Origin: an uncultured Gammaproteobacteria bacterium
GTDB taxonomy: Bacteria; Pseudomonadota; Gammaproteobacteria; DRLM01
Reading direction: 5' to 3'
DNA length: 64,000 nt
NCBI GenBank assembly: GCA_963810615.1
Contig: CAWEOA010000001.1
Span: 119,297-183,296 of the forward strand
Positions 32,560 through 43,835 of the stretch are shown here, one piece after another (positions within the stretch are counted from its first letter, which is position 1; every line of letters begins with the position of its first letter). The notes beneath the pieces are model-generated. The model had not been told where the DNA came from. It saw only the letters and a list, made by a program, of their open reading frames with translations, and ran no database searches. The position numbers and the translations under genes are program-made.

Positions 32560-33861
32560 ATGCGTACTACTCTTCAAGCCGTTCGCGGCATGCACGACAT
32601 CCTTCCGGAGCAATGCCGGTATTTCGCCTATCTGGAACAGGTAACCCGCGAGGTCCTGGAAGGCTACGGCTATGAAGAGATCCGCATGCCCTTGTTGGAG
32701 AGCACCGAACTGTTCAAACGCACCATCGGCGAGGTGACGGATATCGTCGAGAAGGAGATGTACACCTTCGAGGACCGCAACGGCGACAGTTTGAGCCTGC
32801 GTCCCGAGGGCACCGCCGGTTGCGTGCGCGCCGGGATCGAAAACGGCTTGCTGCACAATCAAACCCGCCGGTTTTGGTATGCCGGTGCGATGTTCCGCCA
32901 TGAACGGCCGCAACGGGGACGCTACCGGCAATTTCATCAGTTCGGTGCCGAGACCTTCGGCATGGCAGGTCCGGACATCGACGCGGAGTTGATCCTGATG
33001 AGCCAGCGCTTGTGGCGGCGTTTGGGGATAGCGGACGTGCGTCTGGAGATCAATTCCCTGGGCTCGCCGCAGGCACGGGCGGACTATCGTCAGCGCCTGG
33101 TCGACTATCTCAGCGGTTTTCAGTCCGAATTGGATGAGGACAGCCGGCGGCGTCTGCACAGCAATCCGCTGCGCATTCTCGACAGTAAGAATCCGGCCAT
33201 GCAGGCTATCATCGCCGGGGCGCCGCGCTTGCTGGAGATGCTCGATGCCGAATCCGAAGACCACTTTGCTAAGCTGCAACAGTTGCTGGATGACGCCGGC
33301 GTGGCCTATAACGTCAATCCGCGCCTGGTGAGAGGCTTGGATTATTACACCAAGACGGTGTTCGAATGGATCACCGATCGTCTCGGCGCGCAGGGCACGG
33401 TCTGCGCGGGCGGGCGCTACGACGGATTGGTGGAACAATTGGGCGGGCGGCCTACCGTAGCGGCGGGTTTCGCCATGGGCGTGGAGCGCTTGGTGGCCTT
33501 GCTGGAAGAGGGGGGCGCGGCGCCGGTTTTCGCGGCGCCTGATTTCTACCTCGCAGTGGTGGGCGACGAGGCGCAGCGCCAGGGTATAGCCTGGGCGGAA
33601 CAGTTGCGTACGGCGTGTCCGGCGGCGCGCCTGGTGGTTAACTGCGGCGGCGGCGGATTCAAGGCGCAACTGAAACGCGCGGATAAGAGCGGCGCGGTCT
33701 TTGCCTTGATACTGGGCGAGGAAGAGGTGCGCACCGGCCGCGTGGCGGTCAAACCCCTGCGGCAGGAGGCGGCGCAGCGCGACTGGGACTGGCAGGATTT
33801 TTTGCGGGTGATTACAGGGCAGGGCGGCGCCGCGATCGCCCGACTCATATTGCAGCATTAA
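32560..33861 (+). CDS. hisS: histidine--tRNA ligase
   Basis: [36 protein letters not shown]. Confidence 0.98.
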   Translation: MRTTLQAVRGMHDILPEQCRYFAYLEQVTREVLEGYGYEEIRMPLLESTELFKRTIGEVTDIVEKEMYTFEDRNGDSLSLRPEGTAGCVRAGIENGLLHNQTRRFWYAGAMFRHERPQRGRYRQFHQFGAETFGMAGPDIDAELILMSQRLWRRLGIADVRLEINSLGSPQARADYRQRLVDYLSGFQSELDEDSRRRLHSNPLRILDSKNPAMQAIIAGAPRLLEMLDAESEDHFAKLQQLLDDAGVAYNVNPRLVRGLDYYTKTVFEWITDRLGAQGTVCAGGRYDGLVEQLGGRPTVAAGFAMGVERLVALLEEGGAAPVFAAPDFYLAVVGDEAQRQGIAWAEQLRTACPAARLVVNCGGGGFKAQLKRADKSGAVFALILGEEEVRTGRVAVKPLRQEAAQRDWDWQDFLRVITGQGGAAIARLILQH

Positions 33862-33880
33862 TTACAGAAAAGGACAGGTT

Positions 33881-34519
33881 GTGGAAGGTTACGAATCGGA
33901 GAAAGAACAGGTTGAGGCCATCAAGAAATGGTGGAAGGCCAATGGCAAGTCCATCATCGTGGGCGTCGTACTCGGCGTGGCGCTGGTAGTCGGCGGCAGG
34001 TGGTGGTTTGCCAATCAGGACAAGCAGGCCGAAATCGCCTCTGAACAGTATGGAGAGGTCCTGCAGGAGATCAACAAGGGCGATACCGACGCGGCCTTGA
34101 AGCGAGGCGGCACCGTGTTGGAGGTCTTCGCAAAATCCAATTATGCCGCGCTGACCGCGCTGGAACTCGCCAAGCTCAAGGTGGATAAAGCCGATCTGGA
34201 AGGCGCGCGTTACTATTTGCAATGGGTGGTGGATCACACTTCGTCGGCACCGCTCAAGGATGTGGCGAGATTGCGACTCGCCCGGGTCCTATTGGCCAAG
34301 GGAGATAAGGCCGGGGCCTTGCAGGCCGTGGATGCGGTGGATGTGAAGGCCTTTGCCTTACCGACCCAAGAGTTGAAGGGAGATATCCTACTGGCTAAGG
34401 GTAGTCGCGACGAGGCGCGGGCGGCGTACAGCGCGGCGGCCGCTGCCGTCCCCAAAGGGGGCGACCGCAGCCGTATCGAGATGAAGCTCGCTGAAGTCGG
34501 CGGAAAAGGCACGCCTTGA
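33881..34519 (+). CDS. yfgM: YfgM family TPR membrane chaperone
   Basis: EQVEAIKKWW, ARLRLARV; synteny. Confidence 0.92.
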   Translation: MEGYESEKEQVEAIKKWWKANGKSIIVGVVLGVALVVGGRWWFANQDKQAEIASEQYGEVLQEINKGDTDAALKRGGTVLEVFAKSNYAALTALELAKLKVDKADLEGARYYLQWVVDHTSSAPLKDVARLRLARVLLAKGDKAGALQAVDAVDVKAFALPTQELKGDILLAKGSRDEARAAYSAAAAAVPKGGDRSRIEMKLAEVGGKGTP

Positions 34520-35649
34520 TGCGCATTGCCTGCTTGGGGTTGGTCGTCCTCCTGATGGCGGCATGCAGCAGCGTCCCTCAAAGCGAACGTCCGGCGCCGC
34601 TTCCGGTATACAGCAAGGACGTGACGGCCAAGGCGTCGTGGTCGCATGGCATGGGCGCATGGAAGGACGCTCCGGAGGGGCGGGTACGACCGGTCATGGC
34701 CGACGGTATGCTGGTGGTGGTGGATGGTCTGAATTGGTTGCGTGCCTATGATGCTCACAGCGGCAGCCTGCGTTGGGAATTGCGCACCGGACTGACCATT
34801 ACCGGCGGCATCGGTGTGGCGGGTGAATCGCTGTTGGTGGGGACGCGTCGCGGTCAAGTGGTTGCGTATGCGCTCAAGGACGGTCATGTGCTGTGGCGGT
34901 CGTCGGTCTCCAGCGAGGTGTTGGCGCCGCCGGCGGTGGCGGACGGCGTGGCGGTTATCCGATCCGGAGATGGCAAATTGTTCGGTTTGAATGTGCAGGA
35001 CGGTAAGCAGTTGTGGATGTTCGAACGCTCGGTACCTACCCTCAGTCTGCACGGTACCGGCAGTGCGGTAATCGCGGGCGATGAAGTCTTCGCCGGTCTG
35101 GCGAACGGCAAGCTGGTGGACCTGAATTTGAAAGACGGCAGCCTGTTGTGGGAAGTAGCCGTTGCCATGCCGCAAGGCCGTTCTGAGCTGGAGCGTATGG
35201 TGGATGTGGATGCCGATCCGCTGGTGGTGGGTGATACCGTGTATGCGGTCGCCTACCAAGGCAGGGTCGTGGCCCTGGAACGCAGCAGCGGTCGAGAGCT
35301 GTGGGCGCGGGATATGTCCTCGTATCGCAATATGGCCGCTGATGAACACGCCCTCTATGTCAGCGATGACAAGGGCGATGTCTGGGCCTTCGATCGCAGC
35401 AGCGGCGCCGCGTTGTGGAAGCAGCAGAAGTTGCGCAATCGTTCCGTATCGGCGCCGGTGCTGTTCGGCGATTACCTGGTGGTGGCCGATTTCCAGGGTT
35501 ATCTGCACTGGTTGGCGCGGGACGACGGCCGCCTGGTGGGGCGTTACCACGTGGATGACGTCGGCGTTGTCGAGGCGCCGTTTCCTGCCGGGAAATTGCT
35601 TTACGTGCTGGGTCGCGATGGCGCGGTGGTGGCCTTGCGCATGCAATGA
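34519..35649 (+). CDS. bamB: outer membrane assembly factor BamB
   Basis: Lipobox MAAC, PQQ-like repeats, GRSELERMVDVD. Confidence 0.95.
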   Translation: MRIACLGLVVLLMAACSSVPQSERPAPLPVYSKDVTAKASWSHGMGAWKDAPEGRVRPVMADGMLVVVDGLNWLRAYDAHSGSLRWELRTGLTITGGIGVAGESLLVGTRRGQVVAYALKDGHVLWRSSVSSEVLAPPAVADGVAVIRSGDGKLFGLNVQDGKQLWMFERSVPTLSLHGTGSAVIAGDEVFAGLANGKLVDLNLKDGSLLWEVAVAMPQGRSELERMVDVDADPLVVGDTVYAVAYQGRVVALERSSGRELWARDMSSYRNMAADEHALYVSDDKGDVWAFDRSSGAALWKQQKLRNRSVSAPVLFGDYLVVADFQGYLHWLARDDGRLVGRYHVDDVGVVEAPFPAGKLLYVLGRDGAVVALRMQ

Positions 35650-35818
35650 TGCGCAAGGGCGCAGGCCTTGTGCGCCACCATTAAAACTAGAATCTCAGCC
35701 GCCCCGGACAATTGTACGGGGACGGAATGATAATATGCTCCCGTGCTCCTTGAGGATCGATCTCACCGAGCGGATGAGGGCGCTTTCGCTGATAAGTATT
35801 GAATGAGATCTAAAGGCC

Positions 35819-37204
35819 ATGAAGCCTGTTATCACCCTGGTCGGCCGACCCAATGTCGGCAAGTCCACGTTATTCAACCGCCTTACCCATTCCCGTGCCG
35901 CCCTGGTGGCGGATCTCCCGGGTCTGACCCGCGATCGCATCTACGGTGACGGCAAGATCGGCGATCGTCCCTACATGGTGGTGGACACCGGCGGTTTGAG
36001 CGGCGCGCACGAGGACATGGCCGAGCATATCGCCGGTCAGGCCCGGCAGGCCATTGTCGAGGCGGATGTCGTGCTGTTTTTAGTGGATGGACGGGGCGGT
36101 TTGACCGCCGGCGATGAACAAATCGCCGCCATGCTCCGCCAGATGAATAAACGAATTTTTGTAGTGGTCAACAAGAGTGAAGGCGCCGATCCCCATCTCG
36201 TCGCGGCGGACTTTCAGGCTTTGGCCTTGGGACAACCCTATGCTGTTTCCGCCGCGCACGGTCACGGCGTGCCGCAATTGATGGAGGCGGTGCTCGCGGA
36301 ATTGCCCGCGGCGGATGCAGGCGATGAGGAACTGCGGGATGGGATACGCGTTGCCGTGGTGGGAAAACCCAACGTCGGCAAGTCGACCTTGATCAATCGC
36401 ATGCTCGGTGAGGAACGGGTATTGGTCTATGACCAGGCCGGCACTACCCGTGACAGCGTCTATATTCCCTATGAGCGTGACGGACAGCGTTATGTATTGA
36501 TCGATACCGCCGGCGTACGCCGGCGCGCGCGGGTGGAAGACCTCGTCGAAAAATTCAGCGTGGTGAAAACATTACAGGCCATCGATGCCGCCCATGTGGT
36601 GATCATGGTCTTGGACGCGCGGGAAGGTGTGAACGCCCAGGATCTGACGCTGGCCGGCATGGTGGTGGAGCGCGGCCGTGCCTTGGTGGTTACTGTCAAT
36701 AAATGGGATGGCCTGTCCCAGGAGCAACGGCAACGGATAAAGACGGAAATCGATCGCCGGTTACCGTTCCTGAGTTTCGCGGCCCTCCATTACGTATCCG
36801 CCTTGCACGGCACCGGCGTCGGTAATCTTTTCGATGAGGTGCGCAAGGCCTATGCCGCCGCCATGCGCAAGTTGCCTACTCCTGAACTCACCCGTATCTT
36901 GAATCAAGCGGTGATCCATTATCCGCCGCCGCTTACCCGGGGGCGGCGGATCAAGTTGCGTTACGCTCATCAAGGCGGCAGCAATCCCCCACTCATCATC
37001 GTTCACGGCAGTCAGACCGCTGCGCTGCCGGCCACCTATCAACGCTATCTCATCAATACTTTTCGCGACACCCTGCATCTTGAAGGCACACCGGTCCGTA
37101 TCGAGTTCAAGACCGGCGCCAATCCCTACGCCGGGAAAAAGAATGTGCTGACCAAGCGTCAGGTGGCTAAGCGCCAGCGCCTGCGACGGCATGTAAAGAA
37201 ATAA
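35819..37204 (+). CDS. der: ribosome biogenesis GTPase Der
   Basis: Two GxPNVGKS P-loops and C-terminal KH-like domain. Confidence 0.98.
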   Translation: MKPVITLVGRPNVGKSTLFNRLTHSRAALVADLPGLTRDRIYGDGKIGDRPYMVVDTGGLSGAHEDMAEHIAGQARQAIVEADVVLFLVDGRGGLTAGDEQIAAMLRQMNKRIFVVVNKSEGADPHLVAADFQALALGQPYAVSAAHGHGVPQLMEAVLAELPAADAGDEELRDGIRVAVVGKPNVGKSTLINRMLGEERVLVYDQAGTTRDSVYIPYERDGQRYVLIDTAGVRRRARVEDLVEKFSVVKTLQAIDAAHVVIMVLDAREGVNAQDLTLAGMVVERGRALVVTVNKWDGLSQEQRQRIKTEIDRRLPFLSFAALHYVSALHGTGVGNLFDEVRKAYAAAMRKLPTPELTRILNQAVIHYPPPLTRGRRIKLRYAHQGGSNPPLIIVHGSQTAALPATYQRYLINTFRDTLHLEGTPVRIEFKTGANPYAGKKNVLTKRQVAKRQRLRRHVKK

Positions 37205-37326
37205 GTCAAAGCGGCGTTCACCGTAAGAGCATTAAGGACGTGAAATTGTTTCAGTAGAATTCCTTTGCCTTTCTTTGCGCCTTGACGGCGTTATCTGGTT
37301 TTTGGTTTGGTGCTATCCTCAGCACC

Positions 37327-39150
37327 ATGAATGATTCCTACTTCACGGCGCCCATCGCCCGCCACATTTGGGACGTCAAATACCGCCACCGCGAGGGCGA
37401 CGTGGTGCGCGACGCGGTCGTTACCGATACGTGGCGACGCATTGCCCGTGCCGTGGCGGCGGTTGAAGGTCGGGAAAGACAAGACTGGCAGACACGGTTT
37501 TTCAATGCCTTGGAGGGATTCAAATTCCTGCCGGGCGGTCGCATTCAGGCGGGGGCCGGCACCGCGCACAAGGTCACCTTATTCAACTGTTTTGTCATGG
37601 GCGTCATCGGCGATTCCATGGACGGCATCTTCGAGGCCCTCAAGGAAGGTGCGCTCACCATGCAGCAGGGCGGCGGCGTCGGTTATGACTTTTCCACGTT
37701 GCGTCCGCGCGGTACGCGCGCCTATAGCGTCGGCTCGGTGGCATCGGGTCCGGTGTCCTTCATGCGCATCTGGGACAGTATGTGCGCCACCATCCTCTCT
37801 ACCGGTGCGCGCCGCGGCGCCATGATGGGGACGCTGCGTTGCGATCACCCCGATATTGAAGAATTCATCGCCGTCAAACAGGACCGGACCCAGCTGCGGC
37901 ATTTCAATATATCCGTCCTGGTCACTGACGCCTTCATGGCGGCGGTTCGCGAAAACGCTGATTGGTCCTTGGTGTTTCCTGTGGATGGACACGAGGTGCG
38001 CGGTGAAACGGTGTTGCGCGCGTGGCCGGGACGCAGCGGCGTGGTCGCGTGCGAGGTGCATCGCCGCGTGCGGGCGCGAATCTTGTGGGAAAAGATTATG
38101 CGCGCCACCTATGACTACGCCGAGCCCGGCGTGTTGTTCATCGATCGCATCAATCAATTAAACAATCTTTATTATCGCGAGACCATCGGCGCCACCAACC
38201 CCTGCGGTGAGGTACCGCTGCCCCCTTACGGCGCGTGCAACCTCGGCTCCATTAATCTTACCCAGTTTGTGCGCGAGCCTTTCAGTAGCCGGGCCTATCT
38301 GGATGAGAAAGGTCTCGGCGAGACCGCCGGCGCCGCGGTGCGGTTTCTGGATAACGTCATCGATCTCTCCCAGTATCCCTTGCCGGCGCAGGCTGAACAG
38401 GCGCGCGGCTCGCGGCGCATCGGCCTGGGTTTTACCGGTCTGGCGGATGCGCTGATGATGTTGGGTATGGCTTACGACGGCGATGACTCAATGGAATTGG
38501 CGCGAACGGTGATGCGTACTCTCTGTCAGAGCGCCTATCGCGCCTCCATTGCCATCGCCGAGGAAAAGGGGCCGTTTCCATTCTTCGATAAAGATCCATA
38601 CTTGGACGGTTTGTTCGCGCGCAGCCTGCCCGCAGACATCCGCGATGGCATCGCCCGTTACGGCATCCGCAACAGTCATCTCACCGCCATCGCGCCGACG
38701 GGCACCATCAGCCTGCTGGCCAATAATGTCTCCAGCGGTTTGGAGCCGGTGTTCGACAGCGAATTCACTCGGCGGGTACTGGAACTCGACGGCTCCTATT
38801 CCGAGTATCGGGTGGTCGATTACGCCGTGGCCTTATGGCGTGATCAGGGCGGTGCTGCGACGGCATTGCCGCCGGCATTCAGCGATGCCCATCACCTTGC
38901 ACCCGGCGTACACCTCGAAATGCAGGCCGCGATCCAGCCCTATGTGGATCAGGCCATCTCCAAGACCATCAATGTGCCGGCCGATTATGATTTTGCCGCG
39001 TTCCGTGACCTCTACCAGCTCGCTTTCGACAAGGGCTTGAAGGGTTGTACCACCTTCCGTCCCAACCCGGTGACCGGTGAGATCCTGCGCGGCACGGCAG
39101 CGGAGGAGGCGGCTTCACATTGCTGCAATCTGGAACGGGAGGCGGATTGA
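37327..39150 (+). CDS. nrdJ: class II (B12-dependent) ribonucleotide reductase
   Basis: TLFNCFV, TNPCGE, RRIGLG, AIAPTGTIS, ISKTIN, GLKGCTTFR; C-terminal CC. Confidence 0.93.
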   Translation: MNDSYFTAPIARHIWDVKYRHREGDVVRDAVVTDTWRRIARAVAAVEGRERQDWQTRFFNALEGFKFLPGGRIQAGAGTAHKVTLFNCFVMGVIGDSMDGIFEALKEGALTMQQGGGVGYDFSTLRPRGTRAYSVGSVASGPVSFMRIWDSMCATILSTGARRGAMMGTLRCDHPDIEEFIAVKQDRTQLRHFNISVLVTDAFMAAVRENADWSLVFPVDGHEVRGETVLRAWPGRSGVVACEVHRRVRARILWEKIMRATYDYAEPGVLFIDRINQLNNLYYRETIGATNPCGEVPLPPYGACNLGSINLTQFVREPFSSRAYLDEKGLGETAGAAVRFLDNVIDLSQYPLPAQAEQARGSRRIGLGFTGLADALMMLGMAYDGDDSMELARTVMRTLCQSAYRASIAIAEEKGPFPFFDKDPYLDGLFARSLPADIRDGIARYGIRNSHLTAIAPTGTISLLANNVSSGLEPVFDSEFTRRVLELDGSYSEYRVVDYAVALWRDQGGAATALPPAFSDAHHLAPGVHLEMQAAIQPYVDQAISKTINVPADYDFAAFRDLYQLAFDKGLKGCTTFRPNPVTGEILRGTAAEEAASHCCNLEREAD

Positions 39151-39464
39151 GTTTGAATGATCGATTGGGCAGTATCCGTAGCCAGCGCCATGGATCAATA
39201 ATAATGATGCGATAGAAAATCACTTGGTGACCACTAGATTTCCGCCGGTCTGGAGAGCGGTGCCCGCGTGCGCCGCCTAATCCAAACTATTCCCCTACTT
39301 TGGGCATGGAAATTAGTGAGGAAATTTATATAGTTAAGCTTTCCCGAGTCATCCTATCCTGCCATAATAGCCGCGACGTACCGTCGGCAGGCAACGCTAT
39401 AGCAACGGTTGAAGTCGACGGTCAATTCAATATTGGCTAGTGTAAGTTATAGGGGAGTTAATAA

Positions 39465-39545
39465 ATGAATCCAGTCATAGTATTTGTGCTTTTCCCGGTT
39501 TGTTTCATGTTGCTGATCCTGAATGCCGTGATGCAAGGATTGTAA
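39465..39545 (+). CDS. putative 26-aa single-TM small protein
   Basis: MNPVIVFVLFPVCFMLLILNAVMQGL, preceded by AGGGGAG, ends TAA TAG; below the ORF-track cutoff. Confidence 0.45.
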   Translation: MNPVIVFVLFPVCFMLLILNAVMQGL

Positions 39546-39946
39546 TAGCGTTTCTGCTCACGGAAAAAAATGTGGGGCTTCCCGTGTTGGTGATGGATAG
39601 GCGGGAAGAAAGAAAATATAAAATCCACGAACGATGAAGGGTGGAGGTAGCGCAGCAATGGATCCCCAAGCCTCCTGAGTGCCTGCCTGTTTGCTGCTGA
39701 TGATGATTATTGCCTAGCGGGATGGTTGTTGCACAGGTCGCGAGGAGAGGTATCTGCGTGTCCACCCAACGCAGGCCTCGAGTCGCGGCCTTCAAGTCCG
39801 TGCCGGGTTTCCGCTTAAACTCTCTTTTATGTTCCGACTATGGTCAGCCGTTGAACAGTGACGCCGCGTCTGGACCGGCATTCCTAACTTTATTAAGATC
39901 GCGCGGTTGATAATTAGGTTTTCAGCAGCATTCTGCAGCTTTTAAT

Positions 39947-40792
39947 TTATTTTCCTTCCAGCTTGGCCAAGGTATTCGGCGCCAAGAACAAACCGGGATC
40001 GACGCGGGCGTTATTGAGGCTGACTCCCCAATGCACGTGGGGCCCGGTGGCGCGGCCGGTTTGGCCCACCAGGCCGATCACTTCGCCGCGCGCCAGCTGT
40101 TGTCCCTTCTTTACCATGATCTTTTGCATGTGGCAGTACATGGTGACCAGTCCTTGGCCGTGGTCGATGAGTACGGTATTGCCGTCGAAGAAATAATTAC
40201 CGACGGCGGCCACCCGTCCCGCCGCCGGGGTGTGGATAGGCGCCCCGGCGTGGGCGGCGATATCCAGGCCGCTGTGGGGATTGCGCGCTTCACCATTGAA
40301 GATGCGGCGCAGACCGAAGGGGCTGCTGATCGGACCTTGCGCCGGCAAGTCGAAGCGTAAGGGCACAGTGTCTTGCGCATGCCATGCCGTAAACACGGCC
40401 TGCATGACCCGGTGTTCACGGTGAATACGTTTGAGGTCCTGGGTGTTTGGATCCACCTTGCGCTTGTCTTTGATGGTGATTCTTTGCGTCGTGTACGCTT
40501 TATCCTGAATGGTGAAAGTCCGGCTGGTGTGGTGTGCGGCATCGGTTCGGATCTGGAGCGTGGCGGTACCCGGGGTGCTGTTCAGGGGGATGCCGACGAT
40601 CGCCAGCCACTGTCCGTCATCCTTGAGCACCATGATGCGCTGGCCGTTGAAATAGACGCTGGGGGCGTGCTGGCCGCCGCCGCTCAGCGGCACGACGGCG
40701 ATCCCGCCGGGAACCGGTTCCGCCTGCGGCAGGACGGCGGCGTAGGATAGGCCGTAGAAAAAAGTCAGCAACAGGGCAAATAGATATTTCAT
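39947..40792 (-). CDS. M23 family metallopeptidase
   Basis: HSGLD, TMYCH, TGPHVH; signal peptide. Confidence 0.93.
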   Translation of the reverse strand: MKYLFALLLTFFYGLSYAAVLPQAEPVPGGIAVVPLSGGGQHAPSVYFNGQRIMVLKDDGQWLAIVGIPLNSTPGTATLQIRTDAAHHTSRTFTIQDKAYTTQRITIKDKRKVDPNTQDLKRIHREHRVMQAVFTAWHAQDTVPLRFDLPAQGPISSPFGLRRIFNGEARNPHSGLDIAAHAGAPIHTPAAGRVAAVGNYFFDGNTVLIDHGQGLVTMYCHMQKIMVKKGQQLARGEVIGLVGQTGRATGPHVHWGVSLNNARVDPGLFLAPNTLAKLEGK

Positions 40793-42168
40793 GTCTCGTG
40801 CTTTTCGTTGACAGTGGAGATCAAACGGCCTTGCGCGACGCGGGTTTCGATGCGGTCACCAATGTTAACGGCCTCCGCCGTGCGCACTATAGTGCCGTCA
40901 GGCAGCCGTTTGACGATGGCATAACCGCGGTTCAGGGTTGCCAGCGGGCTCACCGCATCCAGGGCTCGACCGAGACCGGCCAGCCGTTGACGGTGAGTTT
41001 GCAAGGTCGTTCTCATTACTTGGAGCAGACGATGGCCCAGCTGTTCCCGTTGTGATTGCAGTTGTTGCAGACGGCGGCTGGGGTCGTGACGCAGCAGTTG
41101 GGCGGTGACGGCGTTCAAGTGCGCCGCGGCGTGGCGCAGATGCCGGCGCCACGCCAGTTGAAAGCGTTGTTCCAGTTCGTCCAGGCGTTGGCCCTGATCA
41201 CTCAGGCGCCGCCCCGGGTGTTGCTGCGTCAGGCGCTTGCTCAGCCAGAGTAAGGACTGGGCCTTGTTTTGGTGTTGGCGTTTTATCTGGGTAAGCAGGC
41301 GATTTTCCAGGCTAATAAAAGTTTGCAGCCACTCTTCGCCGTTGGGGCTGACCAGCTCCGCGGCCGCGGAAGGGGTGGCGGCGCGCTGGTCGGCGGCGAA
41401 GTCGGCGATGGTGACATCGATTTCATGGCCTACGCCGCTGACGATCGGAATCGGGCAGGCGTAAATGGCGCGCGCCACGATTTCTTCGTTGAAGGCCCAC
41501 AGATCTTCCAGGGAGCCGCCGCCCCGCGCCACGATGATGACATCACAGCCCCGGCGTTCGCCGGCGAGACGGATCATGCGGGCGATCTCCGGCGCGGCCG
41601 CGGTGCCCTGTACTGGTACCGGATAGATCAGCACCGGGATGGCGGGAAAACGACGGCGGAGCACGCTCAGGATATCGCGGATCGCCGCCCCGGTGGGCGA
41701 GGTGACCACGCCGATGCAGCGCGGCAGACGCGGCAGGGCTTGTTTGTGGGCGGGATCGAACAGGCCTTCGCTGCTGAGGCGTTTTTTCAGTTCCTCGAAG
41801 GCGCGGCGCAGCAGTCCGTCGCCGGCCTCTTCCATGTGTTCCACCACCAGCTGGAAGTCACCGCGCGGCTCGTAGAGGCTGATCCGCGCCCTGACCAATA
41901 CCTGCACACCGTCGCGGGGGGCGAAGGACAACAGTTGGTTGCGCATCTTGAACATGGCGCAGCGTATCTGGGCATCCCGGTCCTTGAGGGAAAAATAGAG
42001 ATGCCCGGACCCCGGGCGGGACAAGTTGGAAAGCTCGCCCTCAACCCATACCAGGGAGAAATGGTGGTCCAACAGGGCGCGCACCTCACGATTGAGGCGT
42101 GAAATGGTGTAAACGTCGCGTTGCGGGCCGGTTCCTGCGGCAGGGCCGGGGCTAGACCGTGATTCCAT
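40789..42168 (-). CDS. xseA: exodeoxyribonuclease VII large subunit
   Basis: SGHLYFSLKD, RGGGSLEDLWAFN, ATPSAAAE. Confidence 0.98.
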   Translation of the reverse strand: MESRSSPGPAAGTGPQRDVYTISRLNREVRALLDHHFSLVWVEGELSNLSRPGSGHLYFSLKDRDAQIRCAMFKMRNQLLSFAPRDGVQVLVRARISLYEPRGDFQLVVEHMEEAGDGLLRRAFEELKKRLSSEGLFDPAHKQALPRLPRCIGVVTSPTGAAIRDILSVLRRRFPAIPVLIYPVPVQGTAAAPEIARMIRLAGERRGCDVIIVARGGGSLEDLWAFNEEIVARAIYACPIPIVSGVGHEIDVTIADFAADQRAATPSAAAELVSPNGEEWLQTFISLENRLLTQIKRQHQNKAQSLLWLSKRLTQQHPGRRLSDQGQRLDELEQRFQLAWRRHLRHAAAHLNAVTAQLLRHDPSRRLQQLQSQREQLGHRLLQVMRTTLQTHRQRLAGLGRALDAVSPLATLNRGYAIVKRLPDGTIVRTAEAVNIGDRIETRVAQGRLISTVNEKHET

Positions 42169-42286
42169 AGTAATATCTTAGCCTATACACGCATTTAATT
42201 GGGAATGTTTAAGTGGCTGCGGTTTACCTTCCCGGCGCTTGGCCCTATAATGCCCGGTTAATTTATCTATTGATGGGGTATCACTT

Positions 42287-43753
42287 ATGCTGCGCGTAAT
42301 CGAGGAAGCCCTCACCTTTGATGATGTGCTCTTGGTGCCCGCCCACTCCGCGGTAATGCCGCGGGACGTGGGACTCAAGACCCGCCTGACCCGAGAGATC
42401 ACCCTCAACATTCCCCTGGTGTCCGCGGCCATGGATACCGTGACCGAGGGACGTCTGGCCATTGCCCTGGCCCAGGAGGGCGGGATCGGCATCGTGCATA
42501 AGAATATGACCGCCGAGCAACAGGCCGATGAGGTGCGCAAGGTTAAGAAATACGAAGCGGGGGTGATCAAAGAACCGATTACCGTGCAGCCCAATGTCAC
42601 GATCAGCGATGTCCTGGCTATTACCCGCGCCCACGATATCTCCGGTGTGCCAGTGGTGGACAAGGACAATGAATTGGTGGGCATCGTCACCAATCGCGAT
42701 CTGCGTTTCGAGACCCGTTTCGATAATGCCGTCTCTAGCGTCATGACCCCCAAGGAACGCCTGATCACGGTCAAGGAAGGCGCCAGCCGCGAGGAGGTGA
42801 TGCGTCTGCTGCATCAATACCGCATTGAAAAGGTGCTGGTGGTGAACGACAGGTTCCAATTGAGCGGCCTGATCACCGTCAAGGATATTCAGAAGGCGCA
42901 AGATAAACCCAATGCCTGCAAGGACAGTTACGAGCGCCTGCGGGTCGGGGCGGCGGTGGGTACCGGCGAGGGTACCGATGAACGCGTGGCCGCCCTGGTC
43001 GCGGCCGAAGTGGACGTGATCGTGGTGGATACCGCCCACGGACATTCACAGGGCGTGCTCAATCGGGTGAAGTGGATCAAGCAGCATTTTCCCGATGTGC
43101 AGGTGATCGGCGGCAACGTGGCGACGGCCGCCGGTGCCTTGGCCCTGGTGGAGATGGGTGCGGACGCCGTGAAGGTGGGTATCGGACCCGGTTCCATTTG
43201 TACTACGCGCATTGTCAGCGGCGTGGGTGTGCCGCAGATCACCGCCGTTGCCAATACCGCCCAAGCCCTGGAGAAACTCGGGGTGCCGGTGATCGCCGAC
43301 GGCGGTGTTCGCTATTCCGGCGACCTGGCCAAGGCCATCGTCGCGGGGGCCAACTCGGTGATGGTGGGCAGCATGTTTGCCGGAACCGAGGAATCACCGG
43401 GCGAGGTGGAACTCTATCAGGGCCGTTCCTACAAATCTTATCGCGGCATGGGTTCCCTGGGTGCCATGCAGCGTGGCTCCAGCGATCGCTATTTTCAGGA
43501 GCTGGAATCCGAGGTGGAGAAGCTGGTCCCCGAAGGCGTGGAGGGACGGGTCCCTTATAAAGGCAGCATGGTGGCCATCGCCCATCAACTGATGGGCGGC
43601 TTGCGCGCCAGCATGGGTTACACAGGCTGCTCCAGCATCGACGAGATGCGCACCAAACCGATGTTCGTGCGGGTCACCAGCGCGGGCATGCGCGAAAGCC
43701 ATGTCCACGATGTCGCCATTACCCGCGAAGCGCCGAATTACAGAATAGATTAA
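42287..43753 (+). CDS. guaB: IMP dehydrogenase
   Basis: [11 protein letters not shown] pair, [11 protein letters not shown]. Confidence 0.99.
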   Translation: MLRVIEEALTFDDVLLVPAHSAVMPRDVGLKTRLTREITLNIPLVSAAMDTVTEGRLAIALAQEGGIGIVHKNMTAEQQADEVRKVKKYEAGVIKEPITVQPNVTISDVLAITRAHDISGVPVVDKDNELVGIVTNRDLRFETRFDNAVSSVMTPKERLITVKEGASREEVMRLLHQYRIEKVLVVNDRFQLSGLITVKDIQKAQDKPNACKDSYERLRVGAAVGTGEGTDERVAALVAAEVDVIVVDTAHGHSQGVLNRVKWIKQHFPDVQVIGGNVATAAGALALVEMGADAVKVGIGPGSICTTRIVSGVGVPQITAVANTAQALEKLGVPVIADGGVRYSGDLAKAIVAGANSVMVGSMFAGTEESPGEVELYQGRSYKSYRGMGSLGAMQRGSSDRYFQELESEVEKLVPEGVEGRVPYKGSMVAIAHQLMGGLRASMGYTGCSSIDEMRTKPMFVRVTSAGMRESHVHDVAITREAPNYRID

Positions 43754-43756
43754 TAA

Positions 43757-43830
43757 AGCGATCAGCCTTCAGCTGTGAGCAAAGATACAAGCTTTTGCCG
43801 CACAAAAGCTGAAAGCTGATCGCTGAAAGC
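43757..43830. repeat. inverted repeat built from GCTGAnn heptamers
   Basis: AGCGATCAGCCTTCAGCT (43757-43774) pairs 17/18 with AGCTGAAAGCTGATCGCT (43807-43824). Confidence 0.75.
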
Positions 43831-43835
43831 CAACT

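Noticed and set aside
29214-35646. Long antisense ORFs (29214-30512, 32518-33858, 34234-35646) and similar ones opposite mutS, guaB and guaA
   Set aside because: Shadow frames of GC-rich conserved genes with no recognisable motifs
39530-39670. Four ANGGA motifs suggesting a CsrB/Rsm sRNA, with TGTAAG upstream
   Set aside because: Only half a GacA box, no clear terminator, and motif density is not convincingly above chance
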